A DNA stretch of 63,850 bases, counting the filler, from Atractiella rhizophila (lineage: Eukaryota): the NCBI GenBank assembly GCA_021432655.1. It is 9 parts of 9 records of this genome, joined end to end, with 100 filler letters (N's around TTAATTAATTAA, not from the genome) between each part and the next. Parts side by side here need not be neighbours in the genome. Positions count along the whole stretch, not along the records: positions 7,526 to 14,944 come from MU272213.1; positions 15,045 to 22,436 come from MU272215.1; positions 22,537 to 29,904 come from MU272216.1; 6 more parts are not named here. One strand, written 5' to 3'. Made by a program: the position numbers and the translations under genes. The notes beneath the pieces were generated by a model that was not told the DNA's origin, searched no databases, and saw only the letters and a list, made by a program, of their open reading frames with translations. Below, in pieces: positions 12,688 to 23,895 of this stretch. How positions within the stretch are numbered: position 1 is the first letter of the stretch; every line of letters begins with the position of its first letter.

Positions 12688-14929
12688 ATGTCTTTTTACT
12701 GTGCCTGTAGGCCTTTTTGAGCTCGCATTACTCAGCGCTGACGAACGTAACGCGATAGTATCCGGCGAACCTGCTCAGAACCCCGTCATAGTGCCCCAAA
12801 GCGGCTACGTCTATGAGAGGAGTTTATTGGAGAAATACTTCGCGGAGCATGGAGAGAAGGACCCTATCACAGATGCCGCAGTCGATGGGGGAATTGGCGG
12901 AATTGTGGTCGTGAAAAGAGGTGGGTGACGCGTTTTTCTGATAGGAATGGTGTTACTCCCGTTCCATTCTGTTGGACGAAGGCTGCTCTTTTCCTCTCTG
13001 GCATGAAACCCCTATTTCCTTGAATTTTACAAGGCGAAACAGGCGTGCCATGTTGGAAAATAATAATTGCCACCTTTTAGAACCAACCTGTACTATTGAT
13101 GGAACGAGGTGATGATGATACTGCCAAAACAAAATCGACTAGAAGGCTGATTATGACTTCTGATTCTACTATGTTTATCTGAACCTCTTCCTTGAGCGAC
13201 TATGTTGTCCATTCTCGAAATCTTGCCTCATGAATTTACCTGACAACTGACTTGCTACAGCACCTTCAAACCTCAAAATCTCGGCACCAAACACCGCACC
13301 GCGTCCTCCGTCTCTCACATCTATTCCTGCTCTCCTTCACACATTACAGTCGGAATGGGACGGTGTGATGCTTGAATGTGCCGAGCTTCGGAAAGTAGCC
13401 AACCAGCTCCGGTTAGTCCTGCTCCTGTCATCGGCAAATGGGTGAGAGTTTGACCAATCGGTGGATGCAACAGGCAAGACCTTAGTCTGGCGCTTTATAA
13501 AGAGGATGCCGCCATGCGCGTACTCGCGAGGGTAGTAAGAGAGAGGGATGAGGCTAGAGAGTATGTCCTCCATGTCGTTCAGGTTTATTGCATGCTGACG
13601 GCTAAATAGTGCTCTCAACAACATTACCTCTACTCTCGGCGTTTCAGGGCAGACGAACGGATCTGCCGCAGGAGGAGGAGGAGATGTTGAGATGGAAGAT
13701 GCGTCTACAGAGGCCGGACCACTCGGGGCTGAGGCAGAGGGACGCATCGAAGCTGCTCATCAAAGCCTTATCAAGACCAGGAAAGCGCTCAAGCCGCCAT
13801 CCTCCAAGTTCACCGACGCCGTGAAGCTGAAGCCTGTCACCGCCGAGGAGGTCAAGACTTTTGAACAGGTTCAGGTGGTAGGCAGTCTTCACGGAAGCAA
13901 GAAGGACGAGGTGGGCATCAGCGCCGTCGCTACCTGGGGAGCGGGAGGCTTGAATGGCGCTGAAGAGGGGAAAGAGGATGGCGGAATCCTTGCTACTGGA
14001 GGGTACGCATTCACTTCATTCTCATTCTTACCCTGGGCTCATGGTGTGTTGGCAAAAGAAACGACAAAGTGGTACAAGTCTACGACCGGACGAACGACAA
14101 GGTTCTAGCAACTCTCAAAGGGCACACCAAACCCATCACGTCCATCGTCCTCTCTCCCACCTCCCGTACCTCAGGCGACCTTTCCATCCCCACCTTCCTC
14201 GCATCCTCCTCATCCGACAAAACCGTCCGGCTCTGGACACCAACCGAATCCGCATCCGCCAAATCCCTTTACAAGAGCTGGACGACGCTTTCAGGAGTGC
14301 ACGACGGCTCAGTAACCGGCCTCTCGCTGCACCCCTCCAACACTCTCCTCGCTTCCGCAGCCTCCGATGGGACGTGGGCCATTCACGACCTCGCTGGAGA
14401 CGGAGTGAAGACACTCTTCACCCACTCCTCATCGTCGGGCAGCGAGATCCCATCCGGCGTCGGCTTCACCAGCACGGCTTTCCATCCTGACGGTGCCCTG
14501 ATAGGTGTAGGAGGGAGCGATGGAGCGTTGCGAATCTGGGATCCGCGTCGGAGGATGATGAGCGCGATTTTCGAGTCGAAAGATGGAGCGGTGAAGACTG
14601 TAGGCTTCAGCGAGAACGGCTTCCTCCTTGCGGTGGGCTACGAGAGCGAAGTGGTGAAGGTGTGGGATCTGAGGAAGTCGGAGGTGTCGAAGGATTTCGG
14701 AGCGGTTGGAGTGGGAGAGGTGAAGACCGTCGGTTGGGACCCGAGCGCGAGTTGGCTTAGCGTCGTGGGAGAGAAGGGATTCGGGTTGTGGGCTAACAAG
14801 ACTTGGGCGGAGGGCACTACTGTTCAGGTAGAAGGAGGCATCAGCGGTGCAGGGTGGACGAGGGATGGAAGGAATATCGTCACCGGTGGCAAGGACAGGT
14901 GTCTTCGCGTCTTTGGTGTTAAGGCTTAG
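12688..14929 (+). CDS. PRP19: Pre-mRNA processing factor 19 (U-box, coiled coil, WD40), multi-exon
   Basis: MSFYCA-LSGEPAQNPVIVPQSGYVYERSLLEKY...DPIT (U-box); SIPALLHTLQSEWDGVMLE...QDLSLALYKEDAAMRVLARVVRERDEAR (Prp19 coiled coil); C-terminal WD40 repeats. Stop at 14929. Confidence 0.95.
13101..13191 (+). ncRNA. Candidate intronic box C/D snoRNA in PRP19 intron 2 (12921-13260)
   Basis: C box ATGATGA 13112-13118, D' CTGA 13147-13150, D box CTGA 13179-13182. Terminal stem GGAAcGAGGT (13101-13110) pairs with ACCTCTTCC (13183-13191) in K-turn register. Host intron is 340 nt, against roughly 50-60 nt for most introns here. Confidence 0.75.
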
Positions 14930-15044
14930 TAGATCCTAGACTGGNNNNNNNNNNNNNNNNNNNNNNNNNNNNNNNNNNNNNNNNNNNNTTAATTAATTAA
15001 NNNNNNNNNNNNNNNNNNNNNNNNNNNNNNNNNNNNNNNNNNNN

Positions 15045-16683
15045 GACGAGACCCCGTTACGGACGATGCGGATAGTGAAGACCGCGTGGGAGCGAGAGGA
15101 GGTTGAGTTGAGGAGGGTAGAGTAGACTTGTCGATTTATCCTCCCAAGAGAAATGAGGGAGAGCGCTTGCTGAACACAACATATTTCATGAGTAGCTGCA
15201 TCGCCTAGCCTTTGAACGGAGAATACCCACGTCAAGACTTCCGATGGAGACTTCACGCAGGCCAGAGACGCTTTTCCCTCCTGTTGTAGAGTCTTTGTCT
15301 AGTTTCAAAGGGAGGGCTTTCCTCTTCACGCTTGAGCTTTTCGTGGGTGATGCAACGCCTATTCGAGGCATCAGAGGTAAGATTTGGGCAGAGGAGAAAA
15401 GAAGTACCCAGCCAGCTTGACAACGTCGTATTTCCGTCTTTTGTTACTCCATTCTGGGAATTGGCAGTAGAAAGGAGATCGTATATCTTCTCGTTATAAA
15501 TCTCAAAGTAACTACGACCTCATCAACATCCGTTTGTACAGAATGACAGATGCCGCAACATAAGCGAGCTGAAAAACTTACCTAATGTGAACTTCTGCCT
15601 TCATAGACGCCAACTTCCTAGAAGGTTCACCAAAGCTCCTCCAAAGGATGTCCTGCAACAAACCCCTCTTTCCCCTCCTCTCCCTTCCACCTCCGGTTTC
15701 TCCCTCTCCACCTTCCACCTTTCCTCCTACACGCTCCCACACCCACCTCACGCTCCTGCCTAAGAGACCCTCTTCCTGTGAACCGCTTTCCCCTCCCATG
15801 ATCGTGTACGTCTTTCCACTTCCAGTCGTGCCGTAACAGAAGAGCAAACCATCACGGGAGTCGTCGGTGAAAGTTGAGAGGAGGGGAAGAGCAGTGGATG
15901 CGAAGACAGATGATTGGGAGGCGGTGGGTGGAAGGAGGGAGGTGAAAGTGTATTGTTCAGCAGTGCCGCTCGGAGAAGTGAGCGTCACAGTGCTCGTGGA
16001 GGACAAGGAGAGATGGTTGAATGTGCTGGAGGAGGAATTGGCTGGGGAAGTTGGTGGTCGGATCCTTAGGTAGGTCTGGAAGTCATTGAATGTCAGCGTC
16101 ACGTTATAGAATAACGATACAATGGCCCAGTCATTTCAGGACTGAACGCACGTGGAGCCAACAAGATAGAGACAGCACTAAGGCAGGCATTTCATGCTCC
16201 CTTCATGGAAGAATCACTTTTTGCAAGTGAATTTGAAGCAGGTTAGAGGAAGACGTTACTCATTTTCCCCGGCAAGCCACGACCAAGGGTGAAACCACCT
16301 ACCGATACCTCTTCACCTCTCTTCTCAACCCCTCTTCCTCCTCTAAGTACGACGCTACCTTCTCTCCTTACTCCCAAATTCCTAACGGATGCTTTACTGG
16401 CCACTCTCTTCAAAAATCCGCCTCCGCCTCCCTCTTTATCCTTCTCCTTCTCCCTTTCTTTCCTAGATTGACTATCGATCGAATTACGCGTAACTGCCGC
16501 GAGAGGTGGTCTGGGAGCTGCGCCTTGAGACGACTGGGAAGTGGAAAGGGACAGATCGCGCGAGGAACGAGAAGCGCGAAGAGAAGTGCGCAGGACAGGC
16601 GCGGAGGGATGTGTCGCTTGGGATCGCGTGACTCGGGTTGAGGGAGCGACGGCGGGGGCGGGAGTCGTGGTGCGTGGCGCCAT
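15045..16683 (-). CDS. Kinesin motor protein (kinesin-6/MKLP-like), 3'-partial
   Basis: TYLRIRPP; P-loop DGLLFCYGTTGSGKTYTI; FEIYNEKIYDLL; switch I NSTSSRSHAVFTI; long basic disordered N-terminus. Subfamily is inferred from the GLLFxYG motif. Confidence 0.88.
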
Positions 16684-17218
16684 TGTGGCTATTCGATGGC
16701 TTTTGATTGTTATCCAGCGAGAAGCACTGGGCAGGGAGAGTTGTTGTCGTCGTCAGGAAGGACGCGATAGTTGATGCGCGTTAACGTAAATCGCACGTGA
16801 TTTGCCAAGTCGTATTATTGCACCGGATTCACATGGCTAGATAAGAGTTTACTGCAGTCGCCAACCCAGCCTCCCTCCCAAGATGCACTATCCTTTCTCT
16901 AAAAGCCATCCGTTCTTGGCATGAGTCTTAAAAGGCACTTTTGAGCCTTTATTCCTCCCTCATCAGGTCCAACTTATTGTTATTGCTACTCCTGCTGCGA
17001 TCTGTAACTCGAGGCGCCTTGTAGATTGACGGATCATGTAGGATCCACATGGATAGATACTGCAATCCCCAACTGAGGGTCGCTGGCCTCTGATGCACTA
17101 TACTATCTAGGTAAATGCACCGAAGCAAGCCATCTGACTTGTAAGTCTGCATAAGCTTCGTGAGGAGGCTTTTCAAACGTGCAAAATTTTAATTGGCTAT
17201 ATCTTTTCACTTTCACAG

Positions 17219-19091
17219 TCACTTCAACCAGACCACGACAGCCTCACTGTTCCTGATGTTAATTTCTCCATTCTCTGCTTTTTCCGTCTGCTCGACGCCA
17301 CTCGCAAAGCAGCCACCTTCCCAGTTCTGATTTCCCCACAGTGCACCCGCTCGGACGTTCGCACCAGCGCCAGTGAGTCTTCTCACTTCCGAGACAGATG
17401 CTCCATTGAAGAGATACAGTGACTTTCGGGGCGTCGGTAGAAGAGGCGGTCGCGTTGTAAATGTGGGTGTTGATGAGCGCGACCCTCTTGGGGACGGCCG
17501 CCTCATAAGCTACATAAGCAGCCAAATAAGGATCCTGAGATGCGACCTCTGAGACTTGGACAGCAGCGTCCGCGGATCCAAGGAAAGCTTGAAGAGCCAA
17601 AAGCGCGCTGTAGTTTGGCTTGGTGAACGGACCGGTTTGGTTGACTTGGACTGGCTGGAAAGGCGCATAGCGATAGTTCGTCCCGACGTGGAAGTCAACC
17701 CATTGAGCACCTCGCGTCGCTAGTTGCAAGGCGTAATCCAGAGTCCATAAAGCAGCACCAAAGGAATCTGATGCTCCAGACGTGCCTTGACACGAAATAG
17801 AGTTTGTTTCGCCTGTTAAATTGTGAGAGTTCGTCGCAATGACTTGTAGATCAACGAACTCTGCACATAGGTCAATCCTGCGTTTTCTATCGCTGCGATG
17901 TCTGGTTTCAGTGTGTCCAGATATGCGACAGTATTCTGGCGTATCTACTTTAGTTCAGCAGAAAGGCAAACAAGACACGGACTTGATGATTCATCAGCTT
18001 TTCCAAATTAATCTGACTCGCGCTTGCAGGTGTACAAGCACTCTACCGTTAAATGTTTATTGTCACCGTAATGAATGGCGAGACACTGACCATGAAATAG
18101 TGATGCTGCCCAACGGCTTCAATAACGTACTCGCTCGTGTTCTTCAAACCAGCCGCAATTTGTTCTTCAGGGAAGAAGGCAGATTTACAGCAAGTGTCGC
18201 CGGCTTGGAAGACTGCTGGCTTCATCTGGCTTTCGATGGAAGCCGCTACTGTCCTATAAAACTGATCCCTCGTTCAATACTCTGCATCGAACACAAAATG
18301 AGCAACATTACCGACTGAACTGTGCTCTCGTAATCCGTCACATTGGCAAAACCAGGATTGGAGAAAAGGTCAGGTTCATTGCCAATGGAGAACTACATCG
18401 ATTGTCAGCGCAAGGCAAAAGAAGAGGATAAAATATACCGCAGTGAGCTCAGGGATTGCTGCTAATGCACGAGAAGCCACGACGGCCTGCTCGTCTGCTG
18501 AAGCATTGTGTAGTCGCAGACCAAACACTACTGGGTCACCCGAAGCAATCTATCGTCCGTTCTTAGGTAAGCCTTGTCGTGACCAGAATTAAGGGGTAGT
18601 ATCACTTGGTGAAGGCTCTCAAAGTAGCCCGGTCCAAAGGTGAGGTTCGTTGGCTCTACACCACTTTCTCACCAGGCATAAAGACTAGGATTGCGAACGC
18701 ACGATCAGCTCCAAAATATGGAAAGTTATTGATGATTGGTGTGGACTGATCCTCCAGGAAAGTCGACCTATCCCTTCATGCCAACAATACTCAGCGTAGG
18801 ACTGACAGAAATAACGTTATCGTACTGAGTGTTCCCACCAATCCTGAAGTGCAGCGGTCTACCCCCAACATTTCGCAACGCGTCCAGGCAGGTTTTCGTG
18901 TACCCATTAGGCTGACCCGGAGGACCTGAAAAGTCGACGAGGGAGGCGAACTCGATTGACAAACCTAGGTAGTGAGACGGGAGCTGATGGGACGTGTTTC
19001 CTGCTGGTGGGGAGGCAGGGACAGAAATGGAGATCTGGCCCACTGCAGCTTTGAAGAGGAACAGGAGAGAAGGGACGACATAGGGATGCAT
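17219..19091 (-). CDS. Secreted glycoside hydrolase family 79 (beta-glucuronidase-like), multi-exon, with an apparent frameshift near 17410
   Basis: Signal peptide MHPYVVPSLLFLFKAAVG; LGLSIEF; HFRIGGNTQ; acid/base GNEPDLF; nucleophile GETNSISCQG...SDSFGAALWTLDYAL; C-terminal VRRLTG...SEAVVV. Confidence 0.88.
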
Positions 19092-22000
19092 TATGATGCT
19101 CATGCTCATCATCACCCGTGGATGTATCCTAACACTTCTAGTTCAGCAGCCATTTATACCTCTCGGTACCACAACGAGCTAAGCCCCGCACGGCAGCTCC
19201 ATCCTCACTTCCCACGCAATACGAATATCAAGCTCTGCAAGAATATTGCAGGTAGAAGTCTGTACCGGAGAGACCGGAGCGTGGGGAACAGAGGGAAGCA
19301 TGACAGAACCAACTTTCTGTTCCTTCTGCCTCAGAGTGCAGGTGGCCACACGACCCTAAGAGGAGCAATAATTTGTGGACATCTAGGTTGGCGCAAAAAT
19401 AAGAAGGAGAAAAGTGGAGAGCACAAACTGGAGTACGATGACAACGAGTGAACCTTTTGACTGATCATCCTGCTGATCCATCACCTCGAGGGAAAGTTCC
19501 TTCTACAGGGAGCATCCAAAGCCGAAAGTCAACCGAATGTTGTGATTTAAGCCCTTTTCCTCTTCCTACAACGTGTAAGCATGACCACTATAATCGACGT
19601 TCAAGTTTTCAAGTCTTCGGTTCTTGGAAACGAGGAAATGGGGGGGAGGGTACCATGATAGCCTTCATGATGTATATCGATGGTTCAATAGTTCAACGCT
19701 CGCAGGCATTACGCTATAACGCCAGTGATAACGCTACAAGAGTAGGCTCACATTTCTCCCAAGTCTCAGCAAGCCGAGTAAAGATCTATCTCCCCAAAGC
19801 TACGTGGTGACATGCGATTCAAGTCTTGACTACGTTTCATGTGGCTTCCCGTGGTTTTAGTCTGCATGATAATGGAATATCAGCAACCACGACGGATCAC
19901 GCGAATGTGCAGAGATCGATACCATGAGATGGAGTATCTAGGAGCAGGGCATCACATTACCACTCGGTGCTCGAAGGCTTGTACTCTGGCTAGGTTGTGG
20001 GTACGAGCATTGATCAAAATGTAGCCGTGGTTGATCACCTAGTGAGCACATTGTTTCGATATCTCAGATTTTTTTACAACAAATGCCATCTGGACTTTTT
20101 AGTAAATTTGGTAGACACTTGTTTGAACTGTTAGCCCAGCTCGGGCCAAGTGGATCACTTCACGGACCTTTATCGTCCGTGTGAATGAAGAAGGAAAAAG
20201 TCTTCTCACATTTTAATCCTTCAATCATTAATCATGCATCGTCCTTCATATCTTGGTTGTCGACCTCGCCGATTTTCAGTTTGTCTCTCAGACGCGAATA
20301 GGAATCTCTCGTATTCAATAACTGTTGAACTTCTGTGACTTTGGTCTTGGAGGTTTCCAGTAGAGCAAGTTTATAGCTAACGACTGGGTATCAGTCGGTC
20401 TCGCTTTCACACGTAATCGTGTACTAGATTATTGCGAGGGATTGAATCATGCAGGAAGAAAAGTGATGGCGCGGGGCATTTTGACATTAAACAGAAGTTC
20501 CGGCTCAATTATGTCGAAAGAGGGATCCCGCGACAGACAGAGTTATGGTGTCCAAAACTGTTCATTCATTCACTCACGCCCACACATCTCTCTTCACTCC
20601 CAACTTCCCATCCCCACAGGGATAACCCTTTACCACCTCTCAACCGTCCGCTTTCTCCATCTTTGTGGTCCGATTACAATGCTCGACAAATGACGACTGA
20701 CAACTGAAGAGAGAAACGCCGACCTCTGGAGAGGGAAGGTGTAGGAACATCAACGTATTGACGATGCCAGCCTTTGGATTGGTGCTGTTGTCATAACCCT
20801 TGCCAATGTACACTGGAAGATGCGTTTCTTTAGACGTCCTTCTCATTCTTATCCTGTGGGCATTTACCCCCATATGCGGCGATTCGCTCTTCAAATTTAT
20901 CCAGCTGGGCAAATCGGTTATGCACGATGTTTAGACTTTACTTCAGTTGTTTTGTATTCCGCGTGGTGCATGGAAAGACGCTGGTTCGTGAGATCAGGTC
21001 TTCTGGTCACATTTACGACCGATCTGCCAGCAGGAGCCTTGCGCGTATTTAGACGGTCTCGCTCGTGTCATCGTCGTCTCGCTGCTGACTAGACTGTAGC
21101 CAGGATGCTCCATCTATGTAGTTGGGGCGATTCCTCGTCTGATGCAAAATGAATATTTTGTGCAAGCGTCGTGATGCTCCACTCCGAGGCCTTTAACCTG
21201 AATCGCAAAATTATCTAAACTTTGCATGCAGCGAGAAGCGGAAATCTTGCAATTGCAGACAAATTCAGCAAATATGCGTCATTCCTTACATCTACTTGAT
21301 GCGGAATTGTTGTAGGAAAATGCCCGTCAGATTTGTTGTGATTCCGTATCTGAAATGAACCAGCAGATTTGAAGCCGGCCCTGAAGTGTATGCTGGACAA
21401 CTACATTCTCATTCTTTCTATCCATGGGACATATTGTCATATTTTTGTTGAGCAATTCACGATTATGGGCTATAGCCAAACATTTATCTGAAGCCTAAAG
21501 GTTGTTGTCTTCGATTTCATAACCTGTGTGGGGAAAAAGAAGAAAATCTCAGAAAAATCCCAGAAAAGAAATATCGGAGTATGGTATCATTCAGATATAT
21601 GTCGCATGACCTTTCTAACCTACTCAAACACATTGTCAGGCGATATGTTTCTGTGTCTTGTGAGTTCTAACCGGGTTTAGTTCCCGTAGGGAGATGTCGA
21701 TCTCACAGAGACCGCAAGCCTTGCTCTGTAGGAAAACGAGTGATATTTCATGTTGATATGGACGGTGGTTCATTGAATGAATTGATGTACAGAGCAAGCT
21801 TACGCTTGAATAGAGTTTTGTTGCTCTCTTCCCCTGTTCAAGGAGCAGCGATTATGCCGATGCGAGGTAGAATTCCGACAGAAAGCTAGTTTTCGACCCT
21901 CATTGCGTTCTCTTGCGTATCCGGCGTATGTGATTTGCCTTTATGCCTATGAAGGGAATACATCATAGATATTAGCATGTTATCTGCCGAATTCAGGCTA

Positions 22001-22536
22001 GATCACGTGCCCAAGCATATTGTGGCTTTCTTTGGTCTTTGAACCGAATATCTCAGTTCAGTTATTGCATCCGCATCTCTCCGGCATACGGCCTGATTAG
22101 TGCCTGATTTGTCCCCCACCATCGCTCCACTGACACGCGGAAAATATGAGGTTCTTTTTCGGCCAATTTGACATTGCTTCCCTTAAGAAAGATGGGATGT
22201 CAAGCTTGTCTGCAGTCTGAGACCCGCGTTTAAATCCAATTGCCTCTGCCTCGTGCGGCATTCTTCTTTTGTAACTCAAACCAACTGAGGTGAATCCCAT
22301 CGATCGTGCTCAACCTCTGTCCTGATTCTCTTTGATTTGCGATCGCAGGTTCCTCTTCTTCCATATCTTCAGCTTTGTTAATTCATCGATGGATTCGCCT
22401 CCACCAATCACTGTCAGCCGAGGCGACTTTACCTACNNNNNNNNNNNNNNNNNNNNNNNNNNNNNNNNNNNNNNNNNNNNTTAATTAATTAANNNNNNNN
22501 NNNNNNNNNNNNNNNNNNNNNNNNNNNNNNNNNNNN

Positions 22537-22679
22537 GCATCGTCTCCCCATACTCCATCATATTTCTCCCTCTCTTGACCTTCAACGTAATGCCACACAT
22601 GACGTCCAGAATCAGAAGAATCCAGTCGCCATTTCATGGGATTGGTGCCTCCCAACGGGCCAGGCCCATACGTAGGCAT
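22537..22679 (-). CDS. ERG7: Oxidosqualene cyclase/lanosterol synthase N-terminus, 3'-partial
   Basis: MPTYGPGPLGGTNPMKWRLDSSDSGRHVWHY matches the TDxxRWRL...GRxxWxY N-terminus of oxidosqualene cyclases. Only about 47 codons are visible. Confidence 0.65.
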
Positions 22680-23895
22680 GAGAGAGTCCTGAGAAGACAT
22701 GCAAACTGTTTCTAAGAGAAAAAAAGGCAAGATACATAATAAACACTTCGACTTGCTCTTTATGAGAAAAAATAAGGTTGCCGTTTAATTGCCGCCTCAA
22801 AACCGACTGACCGTGGACTCTGCAGTTTTGCATGGTCCTGGAGGAGAAAAAGGGTGTCACCAGTCTGTTTTAGCGGAGCTGAAGGCATGACCTAACATGG
22901 GATATCATGGAAAGACACTGATGTTAAAGATTCGGAATTTTGCGGGACCAAACCTAAAATTATTCATTTGATTGCATGCTGTAGTATCTTTTCCAATGAG
23001 CAAGTGTTAAATCTCAAGCGGGAATACTGGCGATAAATGTGAGGTGAAACATCGTAGAGCAAAGTCAGTGATGCTCAAAGGTCTAACCTCAAACCCTATT
23101 TGTCAACTCTTCAAGAGCTGCGGTATCAAGCAGATAAATACTATAAAAGAAAAGTAAAATAAAAAGTGATGGCAAGTGTTTTCGGAAATCAAGTCCGACT
23201 TTACGTGTCATCGTCTTCACGCTCTGCTCAGTCTTGTCAGATATCAACAATCTTAGATATCAAACCATCCGGCTACAAGAGTTGATTTAACTGACACAGC
23301 TGTGAGAGACTTGAGGAATTTTACAAAGAGTTTTCTCGTACACTTGCCTTCTCAGCTTGCCTTTTGTTGCAACTCGCGGGACGCACTGGTTTCCCACCAC
23401 TTTGAACAATCTTCTACTAACCAGATCTTTACTATATCAAACCGTGTCAATTCCAATAACTTCCTCCTCTTGTTCAACACAAATCATACGCCATAAATTG
23501 AAAACGCCATTACCCCACTATCACAGGAAATGAGACGCGCACAGCTCGAATTCAACGGCTCTAGTTGCACTTGTTCTAACAATCTTCCGCCACAACTCTC
23601 TCCTACCTCCTTTGCTTCTCAAATAGCACACATCTGCTAGGATCACGCAAGAGTGTCTCAAAGACTGCGATAGTAGACACTACAGTCAGAAACATAGACG
23701 TGCAGCACGTGAGGGTTTTATCACTAACTACCATGACTAACTCTTCGCTTGGGCTCATCAATCTGATCCCAATGCACATCCGTGGTGATGAGATTCATAC
23801 TATGTGTCCATGGGACGAAAACTTGAGTCAAAAGCTCTGAATCTGCTTTACGCTGTAAATGTACATGCACATCAACGATCTCCAATTTGCCAAGC

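Noticed and set aside
6075..14929. Apparent clustering of splicing factors CDC40 and PRP19
   Set aside because: Separated by a contig spacer; adjacency comes from concatenation order.
19200..22436. Numerous short ORFs in the 3' part of contig 3
   Set aside because: No recognisable motifs or consistent exon chain; left unannotated.
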